DNA of 64,000 nucleotides, from positions 132,930,001 through 132,994,000 of the forward strand of contig CM059431.1 of NCBI GenBank assembly GCA_030390025.1, written 5' to 3'. This DNA comes from Squalus acanthias (Eukaryota). The notes under the pieces were generated by a model. It made no database searches and was not told where the DNA came from. It worked only from the letters and a program-made list of their open reading frames with translations. The translations under genes and the position numbers were made by a program. Positions 61,463 to 64,000 of this stretch are shown piece after piece. Numbering within the stretch: the stretch's first letter is position 1; each line of letters starts with the position of its first letter.

Positions 61463-63457
61463 AGAACATAAGAAATAGGAGCAGGAGTAGGCCATTTGGC
61501 CCTTCGAGCCTGCTCCGCCATTCAATGAGATCATGGCTGATCTTCTGCCTCAATTCCATTCACCGACCTTATCGCCATATCCCTTGATGCCCTTACTAGT
61601 CAAAAATCTATCGACTTCTGTTTTGAATATACCCAATGACTGAGCCTCCACAGCCCTCTGGGGTAGAGAATTCCAAAGATTCACCACCCTCTGTGTGAAG
61701 AAATTTCTTCTTATCTCAGTCCTGAATGGCCTACTCTTTATCTTGAGGCTGTGGCCCCTGGTTCTAGGCTCCCCAGCCAAGGGAAACATTCTCCCAGCAT
61801 CCACCCTATCAAGCCCTGTAATAATTTTGTATGCTTCAATGAGATCCCCTCTCATTCTTCTGAATTCAAGAGAATACAGGCCTAGTTTACTCAATCTCTT
61901 CTCATACGACAGTCCTGCCATCCCAGGAATCAATCTCGTGAACCTTCGTTGCACTCCCTCTATGGCAAGTATATCCTTCCTTAGGTAAGGAGACCAAAAT
62001 TGTACACAGTACTCCAGGTGTGGTCTCACCAAGGCCCTATATAATTGGAGTAAGACTTCTTTACTCCTGTACTCAAATTCTCTTGTAATGAAGGCCAGCA
62101 TACCATTTGCCTTCCTAATAGCGTGCTGCACCTGCACATTCACTTTCAGTGACTCATGTACAAGGACACCCAGGTTCCTTTGAACATCTGCATTCCCCAA
62201 TCTTTCACCATTTAGGAAATACTCTGCCTTTCTGTTTTTTCTACCAAAGTGGATAACTTCACATTTATCCACATTATAATCCATCTGCCATGCTCTCGCT
62301 CACTCACTGAGCCTATCGAGATCCCCTTGAAGCCTCTTCACATCCTCTTTGCAACTGACACTGCCACCTAGCTTTGTGTCATCAGCAAATTTGGAAATGT
62401 TACTTTTAGTCCCCTCATCCAAATCATTGATATAGATTGTGAATAGCTGGGGCCCAAGCACCGATCCTTGCGGTACCCCACTAGTCATAGCCTGCCATCC
62501 TGAAAAAGACCCATTTATCCCTACTCTTTGTTTTCTGTCTGTTAACCAATTCTCAATCCATGCTAGTATATTACCCCCAATTTCATGTGCCCTAATTTTG
62601 TTCACCAACCTCTTGTGTGAGACCTTATTGAAGGCCTTCTGAAAATCCAAATACACCACATCTACTGGTTCCCCTTTTTCTACTCCACTAGTTACATCTT
62701 CAAAGAACTCCAATAGGTTTGTCAAACAGGACTTCCCTTTCATAAATCCATGTTGACTCTGCCCAATCTTATTATTAGTTTCTAAGTGCCCAGTTATTGC
62801 ATCCTTTATAATTGATTCCAGCATTTTCCCAACTACTGATGTGAGGCTAACAGGTCTGTAGTTCCCCATTTTCTCTCTCCCTCCTTTCTTAAATAGCGGG
62901 GTTACATTTGCTATCCTCCAATCTGCAGGAATCGTTCCAGAATCTATAGAATTTTGGAAGATGACAACCAATGCATCCATTATCCCAATGGCCATCTCTT
63001 TCAAAACCCTAGGATGTAGGTCATCCGGTCCTTGAGATTTATCGACTTTTAGTCCCATTAATTTTGCTAGTACTGTTTTTTTACTATTAATAATTTCTTT
63101 AAGTTCCTCATTCTCACCACACCCTTGGTTTTCTCGTATTTCTGGGAGGTTTTTTGTGTCTTCCTCCGTGAAGACTGAAACAAAGTATTTATTTAATTTC
63201 TCAGCTATTTCCTCATTCCCCATTATAAATTCTCCCGTCTCTGACTGTAAAGGACCTACATTTACCTTTGCCAGTCTTTTCCTTTTCACATACCTATAGA
63301 AGCTTTTACAATCCGTTTTTATATTTTTCGCTAGTTTGTGCTCATATTCCATTTTCCCTTTCTTTATCAATTTCTTGGTCCCCCTTTGCTGATTTCTAAA
63401 AAATCCCAATCCTCAGGCTGACCGCTTTTTCTGGCAACTTTATAAGCTTCCTCTTTT
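61463..63457 (-). mobile_element. 5'-truncated CR1 LINE; ORF2 (63409-61550) broken by a single in-frame stop at 62300-62302
   Basis: Complete RT motifs ([23 protein letters not shown]); GACTT duplicated at both junctions. Confidence 0.95.
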
Positions 63458-64000
63458 GACTTGTGCTCCAGAACTAGCTGCACATCTAGCCAAGCCGTTC
63501 CAGTACAGTTACAACACTGGCATCTATCCGACAATGTGGAAAACTTCCCAGGTATGTCCTGTCCACAAAAAGGACAAATCTAATCCGGCCAATTACCGCC
63601 CCATCAGTCTACTCTCAATCATCAGCAAAGTGATGGAAGGTGTCATTGATAGTGCTATCAAACGGCACTCAACAATAACCTACTCATTGATGCCCAGTTT
63701 GGGTTCCACCAGGACCACTCAGCTCCAGACCTCATTACAGCCTTGATCCAAACATGGACAAAAGAGCTGAATTCCAGAGGTGAGGTGAGAGTGACTGCCT
63801 CTGACATCAAGGCAGCATTTGACCGAGTGTGGCATCAAGGAGTCCTAGTAAAACTGAAGTCAATGGGAATCAGGGGGAAAACTTTCCACTGGCTGGAGTC
63901 ATACCTAGCACAAAGGAAGATGGTTGTGGTGGTTGGAGGTCAATCATCACAGCCCCCAGGTTATTGCTGCAGGAGTACCTCAGGGCAGTGTCCTAGGACA

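Larger units (their letters stand above)
59712..64000 (+). mobile_element. CR1/L2-group LINE family 2 with a tRNA-like head (59712-61462 and 63458 to the end of the window), interrupted by CR1
   Basis: Colinear with 33414-36635; APE motifs from ~60125; [28 protein letters not shown]. Confidence 0.92.

Noticed and set aside
1..64000. CRISPR arrays, rRNA or prokaryotic operons
   Set aside because: None seen; the content is vertebrate transposable-element DNA.

Overview
Repeat-dense vertebrate genomic DNA, most likely from a shark or other cartilaginous fish (it carries a V-domain tRNA SINE with a CR1 tail, resembling HE1). I could not support any host protein-coding exon; most of the window is mobile DNA. 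(1) PIF/Harbinger DNA transposons of several families with convergent genes: a DDE transposase and a 3-exon Myb/SANT-like partner. One transposase ORF is uninterrupted (17219-18436), and there are many MITE derivatives. (2) Many CR1 LINE fragments, one extending from the ORF1 esterase to the 3' tail. (3) Two copies of a second APE-RT LINE whose 5' end is a tRNA-Thr-like Pol III head leaving no room for an ORF1. (4) An L2 fragment. (5) Two Penelope-like (GIY-YIG) insertions with 14-15 bp target-site duplications (TSDs) and minimal hammerhead-ribozyme motifs; one is a 1966-bp spacerless palindrome. (6) A 1578-bp solo LTR, hAT MITEs and SINEs. Insertions nest up to four levels. Boundaries lacking a TSD are approximate, and family names are recalled from motifs, not from database searches.
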